From contig CAZKCV010000003.1 in NCBI GenBank assembly GCA_964551605.1, positions 15,474-79,473 on the forward strand: a stretch of DNA of 64,000 bases, in the 5' to 3' direction. This DNA is from an uncultured Gammaproteobacteria bacterium. GTDB taxonomy: Bacteria > Patescibacteriota > Microgenomatia > Daviesbacterales > UBA10151. A program made the position numbers and the translations under genes. Each line of letters begins with the position of its first letter. The first letter of the stretch is position 1. Shown here in pieces: positions 43,425 to 52,518 of the stretch. Below the pieces are notes generated by a model, which saw nothing but the letters and a program-made list of their open reading frames with translations, did no database searches and was not told the DNA's origin.

Positions 43425-45299
43425 ATGGCTATCTTAAATCCTTTAGAACTTACCCGGCTTAAGTCACTGCTTTCAGGAAAAGTGCTTACAACAGAAGAGC
43501 AAATCAACACCTTGGACCTGCTGCGATCCAGGTTTTCTAATTTCTTTTCCAGTCTGGAACCTAATCTAACAGAAGAAAAGCTCAAGGATAATAAATTTCT
43601 TATCAAATACTTATCAAATCCCTATAACAGAAATAAAATCAAAAATGCCCTTCGCAGCGAACTATCCCTGCCTGCAGACCAACAAATCGCCCTGGAACAA
43701 GCGCTCAGCGAAAAGCCTGTTGCAGCAGAAGAAGCCGGTGGACAGTCAACTAACCAAGAAGCAACACCAGCAACCGGTCAAGAAACACAACCAGCAGGAG
43801 CAGCCGGCAGTTCTGCCGTGAACATGCCTTTTGGCGGCATGTCATCCGTTCCCTCTTTCTCTTCCTCCCCGCGTGTTTTTGCAACTCAACAAACCCCGCC
43901 GGTCGGCGGGATGGAAGGCGGCACTGGCCAAGGCACAGCTGCCACCAATAAAGCAGGCCGGAGTTTTAACTTTTCGTCTTTTAGATCTAAGGTGGGATCA
44001 AAAATAACTGGAGCTGCCAGAACCGGACTGGAGAAAGCTAACCCATTTCTAAAACAGATGGGTACCGGAGGAATCAACGCCCTCTCTGGTATGGCTAATT
44101 TCGGCGGGGGACAGGGAGGTATTTTCTCATCATTGGGAAGATTCGGTAAAGGCGGCGGACGAGACAGCTCTTTAGTCAGTAAAGCTAAAGGCAGAGGGGG
44201 ATTGATTTTTGCAGGAGCTTTAATAGGCGCTATGTTTCTGGTAGGAGCAATGGCAGCTTTCGCCCCAAACCCCACCCCTGGCCAGACTGCACCTATAAGT
44301 AATACTTCCGGCCTGGATTATACCCTCCCTTTGAAAAGCACATCTGTTCAACCTTTGGATATTAAAAATCAAGTTACAGCAGCTTTCCCGGGAGCCAAAC
44401 TGGAATATTGGGATAAAATCGTCCAAAGCAGTATAGCTGCCGGATTTAATCCAGCTTTAGCGCTAGCCTTGTGGATTGAGGAGACAGGCGCTTCACACAC
44501 CACGCTTGCCAGAAATGGCGGCAGCGAAATTCCCGTTAACGGAAACTTAACCAAAGGCCATCTGGGCTGTGCGCCAACACAGGACCAGGCCATAGACGAA
44601 AGCTTAAGTTGTTTATTTAAATTTATGGCCACATATAACTTTACCAATGACCAGTTCGCGGATTTTATGGCCAAATATTCCGGAGGACCAACCAACGCTC
44701 CGTTTTCTAACAATCCAAATTTCCCCAAAAATCTTAAGGAGTGGTATTCAAAATTGGTACCTTCCGGAGCCGGAGCCATCGTGGCAGTCACCCCCAGTCC
44801 AATGCCTCAGCAAGCTATAGCTTCTTGCCCTGTAGCCGAAGGACGCATTAGCACGCCTTCTTATAATGCCAGCCCCAATACAGGACACTGTGGAGGTAGT
44901 TATGCTTCTTCTTGTCATTGCGGAACAACAGGCAGAAGAGCCAAAGCTATTGATGTCCCCACCAACGGCCAAAGTGTGGTTCTACCAACCGTCAACGGTC
45001 AATCGGTCAACTGGAAACTCATCGAGGGACCTTACCAAGTAGAGATTGGCGAGGGCGGCGGACAAGGCTATACTTTCCAAGCCAATCAGGGAAACGATAC
45101 CTGGTATCTGGATATGTTGCACTTAAACACATCTTCTCTAGCGCGGAACACAGAGTACCCTTCCGGGACGCCTGTAGCAAAAAGCGCGATTACACACGTA
45201 CATATGACCATAGGCAGAAACTTAAGCAGCCGGCCGATAGCCGGAACTGCAACGGATTGCGACCCCAACTGGCTGCCATCAGACTTTTTATGTCAATGA
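43425..45299 (+). CDS. T4SS-associated putative cell-wall hydrolase (Gly-rich linker, TM segment, C-terminal degenerate M23/LytM-like domain)
   Basis: 624 aa with a TM helix LIFAGALIGAMFLVGAMAAF. C-terminal motifs HCGGSYASSCHC...AIDV...GNDTWYLDMLHLN resemble the HxxxD / HxH of M23 peptidases (inference). Confidence 0.4.
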   Translation: MAILNPLELTRLKSLLSGKVLTTEEQINTLDLLRSRFSNFFSSLEPNLTEEKLKDNKFLIKYLSNPYNRNKIKNALRSELSLPADQQIALEQALSEKPVAAEEAGGQSTNQEATPATGQETQPAGAAGSSAVNMPFGGMSSVPSFSSSPRVFATQQTPPVGGMEGGTGQGTAATNKAGRSFNFSSFRSKVGSKITGAARTGLEKANPFLKQMGTGGINALSGMANFGGGQGGIFSSLGRFGKGGGRDSSLVSKAKGRGGLIFAGALIGAMFLVGAMAAFAPNPTPGQTAPISNTSGLDYTLPLKSTSVQPLDIKNQVTAAFPGAKLEYWDKIVQSSIAAGFNPALALALWIEETGASHTTLARNGGSEIPVNGNLTKGHLGCAPTQDQAIDESLSCLFKFMATYNFTNDQFADFMAKYSGGPTNAPFSNNPNFPKNLKEWYSKLVPSGAGAIVAVTPSPMPQQAIASCPVAEGRISTPSYNASPNTGHCGGSYASSCHCGTTGRRAKAIDVPTNGQSVVLPTVNGQSVNWKLIEGPYQVEIGEGGGQGYTFQANQGNDTWYLDMLHLNTSSLARNTEYPSGTPVAKSAITHVHMTIGRNLSSRPIAGTATDCDPNWLPSDFLCQ

Positions 45300-45742
45300 A
45301 AAATATTAAAATCATAATATTTATAATAGTTATGCTAAGTATTATGGCTTTTATTCTGAAAAGCCGTATTACTATCTTACCTTCCCCCTCCCAGTCACCC
45401 TCACCACAAACAGTATCCTCATCCGACAAGCCCACAATAATTTCTACCAAACCTAATCCTTTGGATGAAAGTATTATTACAGCCACGGAAATAGTAGAAA
45501 TTACTTTTAACCGGACCATTGAGAATGTGGGGGAATTTAAGGTCAAAATTGAGCCGGAAATAGAATACAGGATGGAGCTTTCCGGGGACAGAAAAACCGC
45601 TAAAATTATCCCCCTTAAACCTTACCAGCTAGGCACAACTTATACCTTGTTTATCGGCACTGAAACTAAATTTGACGGCGTGGGCAGATGGGGAGAAGAA
45701 AAGGTTTTCCATTTTAGAACCATTAAGTATACGGGTGTATAA
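45257..45742 (+). CDS. secreted/anchored hypothetical protein with Ig-like (SbsA/Big-type) domain
   Basis: 161 aa with an N-terminal hydrophobic helix and a Ser/Pro linker. ATEIVEITFNRTIENVGEFKVKIEPEIEY...KIIPLKPYQLGTTYTLFIG resembles a bacterial Ig-like domain. Confidence 0.4.
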   Translation: MRPQLAAIRLFMSMKNIKIIIFIIVMLSIMAFILKSRITILPSPSQSPSPQTVSSSDKPTIISTKPNPLDESIITATEIVEITFNRTIENVGEFKVKIEPEIEYRMELSGDRKTAKIIPLKPYQLGTTYTLFIGTETKFDGVGRWGEEKVFHFRTIKYTGV

Positions 45743-45824
45743 GCGTATGGTGAATAGCGTACAGCGTATAGTTAAAGAAAAATTATGCGCTTACAACTAT
45801 ACCCTAAACGCTATACGCTAAACC

Positions 45825-46925
45825 CTAGTTAAGTCTCACCGGCATTACAATATATTCCAATCCTTCAACACCCATTGGCTTAATCAAAGCCGCTGACAGA
45901 GCTCCGGAAAATTCAATCATAATCTGGGTCGCAGGAGCGTTAGAGATAGCATCCAATAAAAACTTGGTATTAAAGGCGATTTTTAACTCTTCTCCTTCAA
46001 TTTCTCCTTCTATTTCATTTTCCTGGCTGCCCAGTTCCTTAGCCTGTGATTCCAGCTTTAATATGCCTTTTTTAGTGGTTAAAACTACTACATTAGCTTC
46101 ATTTTTGGCAAAAATAGCTGCCAGTTTACTGGCTTTTAATAATTCCTCTTTCCCAATCATTGCCCTGGCCACAATCTTTTCCGGGATTATCTTTTCCCAA
46201 GCCGGGAATTGGCCTTCAATTAATCGGGAAGAAACAATCGTATTTCCCAGCTTAAATACTACCTGATTTTGGTTCTGACTGGTGGCAATACCAACCTCTT
46301 CAACTTCTTCTTCAGCTATAATCCGCAGTAATTCCTCAAACGTTCTCCGGGGAATTAAACTCCTAAACTGATCTTTGCCTTTAGGTAATTCAAACCGGCG
46401 GTGGGCTAGCCTAAATCCATCTGTGGCTACAAAATCCAACTTGCCATTAGACACTTCAGTCAATATACCGGTCAAAATCGGCCTGCCCTCATCCACCGCC
46501 GAGGCAAACAGAATTTGCGATGAGATTAAAAAGGCTTCCTTAGGAAAACTGATGCCAGTACCTTCAGCCAAAGGGATAGCCGGAAATTCAGCAGCGGCAA
46601 TCCCGTTAATACTGGCCTTTAGTTTACCGGACTGCACAGTTAAAACTTCATCTTCTGATGTCAAAATCACCTTAGCTTGTCCTAAACCGGAAATAAGCTC
46701 TACTAAAGTCTTGGCAGGCACAGTAACTTCTCCGGGAACTTCAATTTCCGTATTAATATACTTAATTACCCCGATTTCTAGATTTGTGGCTGCTATCTTT
46801 AATTTCTGTCCTTCAGCGGAAAGTAAAATATTATCCAGTACCGGCAAGGTGGAACGGATACCAACTGACCGGGCCACAGCTTGCAATGCAGGCAGTAAAT
46901 CTTGTTGTAAACATGTAAATTTCAT
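45825..46925 (-). CDS. dnaN: DNA polymerase III beta subunit (sliding clamp) DnaN
   Basis: 366 aa. MKFTCLQQDLLPALQAVARSVG is the classical DnaN N-terminus; three-domain length. Confidence 0.9.
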   Translation of the reverse strand: MKFTCLQQDLLPALQAVARSVGIRSTLPVLDNILLSAEGQKLKIAATNLEIGVIKYINTEIEVPGEVTVPAKTLVELISGLGQAKVILTSEDEVLTVQSGKLKASINGIAAAEFPAIPLAEGTGISFPKEAFLISSQILFASAVDEGRPILTGILTEVSNGKLDFVATDGFRLAHRRFELPKGKDQFRSLIPRRTFEELLRIIAEEEVEEVGIATSQNQNQVVFKLGNTIVSSRLIEGQFPAWEKIIPEKIVARAMIGKEELLKASKLAAIFAKNEANVVVLTTKKGILKLESQAKELGSQENEIEGEIEGEELKIAFNTKFLLDAISNAPATQIMIEFSGALSAALIKPMGVEGLEYIVMPVRLN

Positions 46926-47380
46926 TATTTCTCTCTTGAGCCGGAAACGAATCTATGAACCTCTTCTTCTGTTACTTTAATTAATCTGAAATTAACTCTT
47001 CCAGATGCAATAAGGTTTTTAATGTGTTTTTCTTCATCTGTCAAGACATGAAACTCCCCGGACTTTACTTCAATAAAATCAATCCGCTCGTTATTTTTAA
47101 TACCAATAAAATCAATCGGCCAACCTAAAGGAATAATCCGGTCATAGTCATACCGAAGTTCGGCATAAGTTAATAACTCTGCCATTTTACCCTTTTGAGG
47201 ATTGATTGACCCCTGTATAGTTTGCAGCACCCTGGCCGGTAAATCCTGTACTCCCCGGTAAAGATCAATTAGATCTGAAGGAATATCCACAGATTTTCTA
47301 GCATGCAATCTGCCGATTAAATAAGTGATTACCAATAGTAACACTAGTATTCCCAGTAATACCCAGTTAATTTTATCCAC
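46925..47380 (-). CDS. membrane-anchored PD-(D/E)xK nuclease-like (NERD/Mrr-cat-like) hypothetical protein, inserted between dnaA and dnaN
   Basis: 151 aa. N-terminal TM helix; DFIGIKNNERIDFIEVKSGEF resembles the D...E-x-K core of restriction-endonuclease-fold proteins (inference). Confidence 0.4.
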   Translation of the reverse strand: MDKINWVLLGILVLLLVITYLIGRLHARKSVDIPSDLIDLYRGVQDLPARVLQTIQGSINPQKGKMAELLTYAELRYDYDRIIPLGWPIDFIGIKNNERIDFIEVKSGEFHVLTDEEKHIKNLIASGRVNFRLIKVTEEEVHRFVSGSREK

Positions 47381-47384
47381 AAGT

Positions 47385-47550
47385 CGTTCGATTATACTAC
47401 ATCATATTAATAATAATAGTAATAGTAATATGTGGTGTGGATATGTGTAAAAACCAATTTTTCCGTTCACTTTTGGGAGAATTTCGTGTGAGTAAATTCC
47501 TGATATTTGTGGAAAAGTAGGTGGATAACTGACTTTACCCGGTGGATAAT
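47385..47550. promoter_or_regulatory. candidate oriC segment: AT-rich unwinding-like stretch plus DnaA-box-like 9-mers downstream of dnaA
   Basis: attaataataatagtaatagtaatat (47405-47430). tgtggatat at 47436-47444. ggtggataac at 47520-47529. ggtggataat at 47541-47550, which lies inside the dnaA 3' end. Confidence 0.45.
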
Positions 47551-48860
47551 TGTTGCCTTACTTCAATAGAAATCCGCTGGATTTCCCTGTCTGTTAATAT
47601 CAGTTTTTTGATTTTATCCCGGCCGTGCATAACTGTAGTGTGATCTCTGCCGCCTAACAGTTCTCCGATTTTTTCCACAGTCATGTTTAACTGGTCGGAT
47701 AAAATGTGCATAACTAAATGTCTTGGCAAAACTAACTCTTTGACTCTTTTAGGCCCGGTTAAGTCAGTATGCTTGACCTTAAAGTAGTCACAAACTACAT
47801 TAATCACCTGCTTGGGGGAAAGAGCTTTCAATTCACTTTCGCTTCGTCCTCCCAGCAAAGATCGGACATTTTCCACAGTTGGCTCCATGCCCTTGGTTTT
47901 TAAAGATTGCAGTACCTGGATTAATTTTCCCTCCAGGTCCCTGGCGTTTGTTTCAACTGAAGCTGCCACTAAATTTAAACAATTTTCTTCCAGGAGAAAA
48001 TTTTGTTCCTTGCATTTATTTTTTAATATGGCTACCCGGGTGTCAAAATCCGGAGCTTGGATGTCGACCATTAGCCCGCCCTGGAAGCGGCTTTTTAAGC
48101 GGTCTTCCAGTTTGGCGATTTCATAAGGGGGCCGGTCCGAGGTGATGACAATCTGGGAATTCCTGGCGGATAATTCATTAAAGGTGTGGAAAAACTCTTC
48201 CTGGGTGCCTTCCCGGCCGGAGAAAAACTGGATGTCATCAATCAGCAAAATATTAACGCCCCGGTAGCGGTTCCTAAATCTGCCAAACTGCTTGGTCTGT
48301 AGCGCTTCCACATAGTCGTTGGTAAATTTTTCAGAAGAGCAATAATTGACTTTGAAGTGAGGATGCTTTTTAAGTATGGCATTGCCAATGCCTAACATCA
48401 GGTGAGTTTTTCCTACGCCGGTTCCCCCGTAGACAAAAAGCGGATTGTAGGATGTGCCGGGATTTTGGGCTACAGCTTGGGCAGCCGCAAAAGCTACGTT
48501 ATTGGTGGGTCCCACCACAAAATTTTCCAGGGTATATTTCGGGTTAAGGTCAGAGGTGACAGCAGTTTGAACAGGCTGGAAGAAATCCTGCTCCTCAGCC
48601 GGAGGTGCTGTTTCATGTTCCTTGATGATGAATGTAACTTGTACCTTATTGCCCAGCAGGTTTTCAAAAGCCTGTTCAATCAAGGCCTTAAATTTTTGAT
48701 CCAGGTTTTCTTTAATGAAGGCTGAAGGAGCAGATAAAACAATCAGCCCCCCATTAGCTGATTTTAAAAGGGTTTTCAAAAAGTAGGCTTTAAAGTTGTC
48801 AGGCCCGACTTGGGGTTTAATGGTTTGCAAAAATTTATGCCAGAGGCGGAGATTGTCCAT
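47535..48860 (-). CDS. dnaA: chromosomal replication initiator DnaA
   Basis: 441 aa. AAA+ Walker A GGTGVGKTHLM, box VII, and a C-terminal DNA-binding domain (VVCDYFKVKHTDLTGPKR...RHLVMHILSD). Confidence 0.9.
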   Translation of the reverse strand: MDNLRLWHKFLQTIKPQVGPDNFKAYFLKTLLKSANGGLIVLSAPSAFIKENLDQKFKALIEQAFENLLGNKVQVTFIIKEHETAPPAEEQDFFQPVQTAVTSDLNPKYTLENFVVGPTNNVAFAAAQAVAQNPGTSYNPLFVYGGTGVGKTHLMLGIGNAILKKHPHFKVNYCSSEKFTNDYVEALQTKQFGRFRNRYRGVNILLIDDIQFFSGREGTQEEFFHTFNELSARNSQIVITSDRPPYEIAKLEDRLKSRFQGGLMVDIQAPDFDTRVAILKNKCKEQNFLLEENCLNLVAASVETNARDLEGKLIQVLQSLKTKGMEPTVENVRSLLGGRSESELKALSPKQVINVVCDYFKVKHTDLTGPKRVKELVLPRHLVMHILSDQLNMTVEKIGELLGGRDHTTVMHGRDKIKKLILTDREIQRISIEVRQQLSTG

Positions 48861-48861
48861 G

Positions 48862-48890
48862 TTGATAAGTTATCCACAATTTATTCTACC
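48862..48890. promoter_or_regulatory. perfect DnaA box TTATCCACA immediately upstream of the dnaA start (dnaA promoter/oriC-proximal box)
   Basis: ttatccaca at 48870-48878, 10 nt upstream of the dnaA start codon at 48860. Confidence 0.5.
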
Positions 48891-48946
48891 AGGCTTTGAT
48901 TGGCAATATAGAGAAACTATTAAAAACTAGATCATTTTTGGAGTTA

Positions 48947-49291
48947 TTAGATCAGCTCTAAGCCTGCTACTGAATAGACGGTAGTAAAATACCGCTTTCT
49001 CTTTTTCAGGCGGTTGATAGATTCAATGGCTTTATCCATATGAACAAGGATATCATTGGGTTCTGTGTAAGGAAAATCAAAAACCACTACGTTAAATAGT
49101 CTCCCGCCTTCTTTTTTAAGAAAATCTTTATCAAAGGTGAATATAATGCGGTTTTCCTGAACAGCCAGTTTTTTGATACTTAAATCGGAAATTGTTTTGG
49201 CTGATCGTTGGATTCGCTTGACATCATGATGTTTCTTTTGGAGATAAGAAATGAGTGTTGGAGGAAAATTTTCGTCAGCGAGTAATTTCAT
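48947..49291 (-). CDS. DUF5615-type PIN-like domain protein (putative toxin)
   Basis: MKLLADENFPP...IFTFDKDF matches the DUF5615/PIN-like pattern (D-E-N acidic cluster). The internal start at 49291 is preferred. Confidence 0.55.
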   Translation of the reverse strand: MKLLADENFPPTLISYLQKKHHDVKRIQRSAKTISDLSIKKLAVQENRIIFTFDKDFLKKEGGRLFNVVVFDFPYTEPNDILVHMDKAIESINRLKKRKRYFTTVYSVAGLELI

Positions 49292-49541
49292 GCAAGGTAG
49301 TTGCGAAGGCCTCGTTATTTTTGATCCTACGGGGGTTTGTCTTGGCAACTAAGCGGGTTGCATATTCTATGGCGGCAATGACTTCAGATTTTTTAAGCTC
49401 GGGGTATTCCGCAGTAATTTCTTTGACACTCATGTCGGCTCCCAGAAAATTCATAATAAGCTCCACAGAAATCCTTGTCCCCGCTATAATTGGTTTCCCG
49501 CCCAGGATCTTTGGATTTGAAACAATTATTGCTTTTGCCAT
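49275..49541 (-). CDS. DUF433 domain protein (putative antitoxin partner of DUF5615)
   Basis: 88 aa. IVSNPKILGGKPIIAGTRISVELIMNFLGADMSVKEITAEYPELKKSEVIAAIEYA is the DUF433 signature. It overlaps the downstream PIN-like gene by ~17 nt. Confidence 0.6.
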   Translation of the reverse strand: MAKAIIVSNPKILGGKPIIAGTRISVELIMNFLGADMSVKEITAEYPELKKSEVIAAIEYATRLVAKTNPRRIKNNEAFATTLHEITR

Positions 49542-49578
49542 ACCCGTATTATACTACAAGAGGGAAGAATCTTTTGAC

Positions 49579-50424
49579 TTAATTTCTAAGCCAATTAATG
49601 CCTAATGTATAAAGGATATTGGCTGAACGCCAAGATCTGTCAAGTTGGGGCGGCGTGTTAACAGGATCGTCTATAGTTTCTGGGTGGAATAATCTGGAAG
49701 CTATTTCTTCCGGGTTAATACTTGAGGGTGCTACAAGTTTATCAGCCGGTTGTTGACGGGAGAATTTTTCTACGGTTACCCATTGCGGATCAAATGAAAG
49801 GAGGTAGCTATAATGGCGGTTTATTCTAATACGGACAGCACCTTTTTCTTTCAGAGTTGCCAGGCTACCAGCCATTTGTAAAAGGTTTGGCCATCCTTCA
49901 AAGCGCCCGGCTGGAGTGCGATCGTTAGCCAGAGGGTCGACTTCTTTCAAAGAACCAGTGCCGTCATATCGCAGAGCTAGATGATGCCCGTAGATTGATG
50001 CACCCAAGCATGTTGGACTATGTTGTTCTCGGTAGCGTTGCCAAAACGCAAGATGGATCATGTCCCGGCTCCTGGGGTTTAGACGAGTATCTTTAGGTGG
50101 TTCGCCCCAGAGGGTAAGTTCTACGGGATGGCATTGGCCTCGGGAGATTATAAATTGGGCTTCGGCCAGCTCTCTGAACTCAGGAGATTTATTATTGGGA
50201 ACGAGTCCAAAATAGGTTCTGGTAACAGTAATTGCAGGAATGGGTTTTGGCCAAACATGTTTAGTTATAACCAGTAATTGTTCAGGGTCTGTCTTAGCTA
50301 CTCTTCCGAATAACTGACGGTTTCTTCTTAAGCCACTGACATGAGCCAAGAAAGCTTCTTGGGTATGCAATGGAAGTGCATCTTCCATGTAAACAGGTTG
50401 AGTTGTTGGTGACTCGATCCGCAT
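49579..50424 (-). CDS. hypothetical protein (Arg/Pro-rich, GC-richer than flanks)
   Basis: 281-aa intact ORF with no recognisable motif. Confidence 0.4.
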   Translation of the reverse strand: MRIESPTTQPVYMEDALPLHTQEAFLAHVSGLRRNRQLFGRVAKTDPEQLLVITKHVWPKPIPAITVTRTYFGLVPNNKSPEFRELAEAQFIISRGQCHPVELTLWGEPPKDTRLNPRSRDMIHLAFWQRYREQHSPTCLGASIYGHHLALRYDGTGSLKEVDPLANDRTPAGRFEGWPNLLQMAGSLATLKEKGAVRIRINRHYSYLLSFDPQWVTVEKFSRQQPADKLVAPSSINPEEIASRLFHPETIDDPVNTPPQLDRSWRSANILYTLGINWLRN

Positions 50425-50496
50425 AAGTAGTATATTATAGAAGATTGCTCTGGTGGATTCAAATCAGGTGTGCTAAAATACTAACCAGATAAAAAT

Positions 50497-50634
50497 ATGC
50501 CAAAGAGGACTTATCAACCAAAGAAATTAAAGAGGATCAGGAAGCACGGTTATCGGGCCCGGGCGGCCACTTCCGGCGGGCGCAGGGTTTTAAAAAGAAG
50601 AAGGGCTACGGGTAGAGCGCGCCTCACAATTTAA
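50497..50634 (+). CDS. rpmH: 50S ribosomal protein L34
   Basis: Translation [45 protein letters not shown] is the canonical L34. Absent from the ORF track because it is shorter than 60 aa. Confidence 0.85.
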   Translation: MPKRTYQPKKLKRIRKHGYRARAATSGGRRVLKRRRATGRARLTI

Positions 50635-50972
50635 TGCTTCCTAAATCCCAACGCTTAAACTTAAAAAAAGATTTCAAATGGGTAGCTGGTGGCAAAAAGC
50701 TGGAGACTGCCTATTTGAAGCTTTTTATTAAAATGGGAGATAACCGGCAGCCCCGAATTGGCATAGCAGTCTCTTCCCGGATCTTTAAGAATGCTACAGA
50801 GAGAAACCGGGCCAAACGAGTAGTTTCAGCAGCATGGGAAGTTCTTTATTCAAATCTACCCGATACTATTAACATAGTGGCCCTTCCCAAAGCCGGGGTA
50901 ATTAAGGTAAAATCAGGTGATCTGCTTTTAGATTTGGAAGCAGCTTTAAAAAATGCAAAGATTATTAATTAG
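50634..50972 (+). CDS. rnpA: RNase P protein component RnpA
   Basis: [17 protein letters not shown]...[22 protein letters not shown] is the RnpA RNR motif region. The start overlaps the rpmH stop (TAATG). Confidence 0.85.
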   Translation: MLPKSQRLNLKKDFKWVAGGKKLETAYLKLFIKMGDNRQPRIGIAVSSRIFKNATERNRAKRVVSAAWEVLYSNLPDTINIVALPKAGVIKVKSGDLLLDLEAALKNAKIIN

Positions 50973-51153
50973 TTTAATTAGTTTTTACCAAACCTTTCTG
51001 TCATTTGATAAAGGAGTGCTGGCGGTATTTGCGCCGGGCGGAGCATGCAGGTATAATCCAACCTGCTCTGAGTATGCTAAGCAGCAGGTCAGGAAGTTTG
51101 GGGTCCTCAGGGGAATTTGGTTTGGCTTAAAAAGAATTTGGAGTTGTAGATGA
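50953..51153 (+). CDS. yidD: membrane protein insertion efficiency factor YidD
   Basis: 66 aa. [37 protein letters not shown] is the YidD signature. Confidence 0.8.
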   Translation: MQRLLISLISFYQTFLSFDKGVLAVFAPGGACRYNPTCSEYAKQQVRKFGVLRGIWFGLKRIWSCR

Positions 51154-51992
51154 GCGGAATAACAGCTATTTTTGACTTATTATTTTTCGGACCGATTATT
51201 AATATTTTAGTCTTAATTTATCAGGGTCTTTCCTCCCTGAATATCCCGGGTGCGCTAGGTTTTTCCATAATAGCTTTAACTCTGGCGATAAGAATCCTGG
51301 TTTGGCCATTTATGAGCTCACAGATTAAAGCTACCAAAAAGATGGCTGACTTAAAGCCACACCTGGATGAATTGAAACGAAAGCATACCGGCGATAAAAA
51401 GGCTTTAGCTGCTGCCCAAATGGCTTTATATAAGGAGCACGGAGTAAATCCGGCCGGTGGTTGTTTGCCGGCCCTAATTCAGCTGCCGGTATTTTTTGCT
51501 TTATATCAGGCTATTATTAATATTTTACCGGGAACAGGTGGAAATCTAAACCGAATAAATGACTTGTTGTACTTTCCTCAGCTTAAACTACCTTCCACTA
51601 TTGACCCGAATTTTTTTGGGCTTAATTTAGGGCTAAAGCCGGCTGATTTCGGCAAGTATGGGGTGTTTCTTTTGTTGGTACCGGTGGTGACTGCCCTTTT
51701 GACCTTTGTACAATCTAAGATGACCTTGCCAAAACCAATTAAACATTACCCTTCTGATTCACCTAAGGAAGCAAAAGAAAAGGAAGGCTTAGAAGAAAGC
51801 ATGGGAGCAGTCCAATCCCAAATGGTTTACCTGATGCCGATTATGATCGGTTATTTTGCCTTTTCTTTTCCGATCGGGCTTGCAATTTATTGGAATACCT
51901 ATACAATATTGGGCATTACTCAACAGTACCGGATGGCCGGCTGGGGTGGTTTGGAGAGTCTAGTGGCTAGAGTCAAGAGTCTAGGCAAATAA
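51150..51992 (+). CDS. yidC: membrane protein insertase YidC (short form)
   Basis: 280 aa with five TM segments and the conserved C-terminal region [34 protein letters not shown]. Confidence 0.85.
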   Translation: MSGITAIFDLLFFGPIINILVLIYQGLSSLNIPGALGFSIIALTLAIRILVWPFMSSQIKATKKMADLKPHLDELKRKHTGDKKALAAAQMALYKEHGVNPAGGCLPALIQLPVFFALYQAIINILPGTGGNLNRINDLLYFPQLKLPSTIDPNFFGLNLGLKPADFGKYGVFLLLVPVVTALLTFVQSKMTLPKPIKHYPSDSPKEAKEKEGLEESMGAVQSQMVYLMPIMIGYFAFSFPIGLAIYWNTYTILGITQQYRMAGWGGLESLVARVKSLGK

Positions 51993-52017
51993 ATCTAGAC
52001 TCTAGCCACTAAAAATT

Positions 52018-52518
52018 ATGGAAAATCAATTAAGCGATGTATTGGATAATGTGCTGGGTTTGTTGCTCCTTGAGGGTAGCTACGATATTGAAGAGGGAGA
52101 GGAAGGTTTTTCTGTTTCCATCGAAACCCAAGATGCCGGTAGGTTAATCGGAGCCAGAGGCGAATCGCTGGATGCGTTGCAGCTTTTAGTTAACCAAATG
52201 GTAGCCAGAAAAGTCGGAGAAGAGGGTTTTAAAAGGGTGGTTATAGATGTGGAAGGCTGGAGAAAGCAGAAAGAGGAGGAGTTGGTAAAAAGCGCGGAAA
52301 GCTGGGGTAAACAGGTTTTGGAAACAAAAAAAGAAATTGAGCTTGAGCCGATGTCATCCTGGCAAAGAAGAATTGTACATATGACGATTTCCGAGATGGA
52401 AGGGGTGGAATCTGAGAGTTTGGGAGAAGGAAGAGACAGGCATATTGTAATAAAACTCAAAGATCAAAAGTCAAAGGTCAAAAGTGAAGAGCAAGATGTC
52501 AAAACTCAAGAGAGTTGA
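52018..52518 (+). CDS. jag: Jag/KhpB-like RNA-binding protein (KH + R3H domains)
   Basis: 166 aa. The C-terminal R3H-like region MSSWQRRIVHMTISEMEGVESESLGEGRDRHIVIK. Located after yidC as in the conserved rpmH-rnpA-yidC-jag cluster. Confidence 0.7.
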   Translation: MENQLSDVLDNVLGLLLLEGSYDIEEGEEGFSVSIETQDAGRLIGARGESLDALQLLVNQMVARKVGEEGFKRVVIDVEGWRKQKEEELVKSAESWGKQVLETKKEIELEPMSSWQRRIVHMTISEMEGVESESLGEGRDRHIVIKLKDQKSKVKSEEQDVKTQES

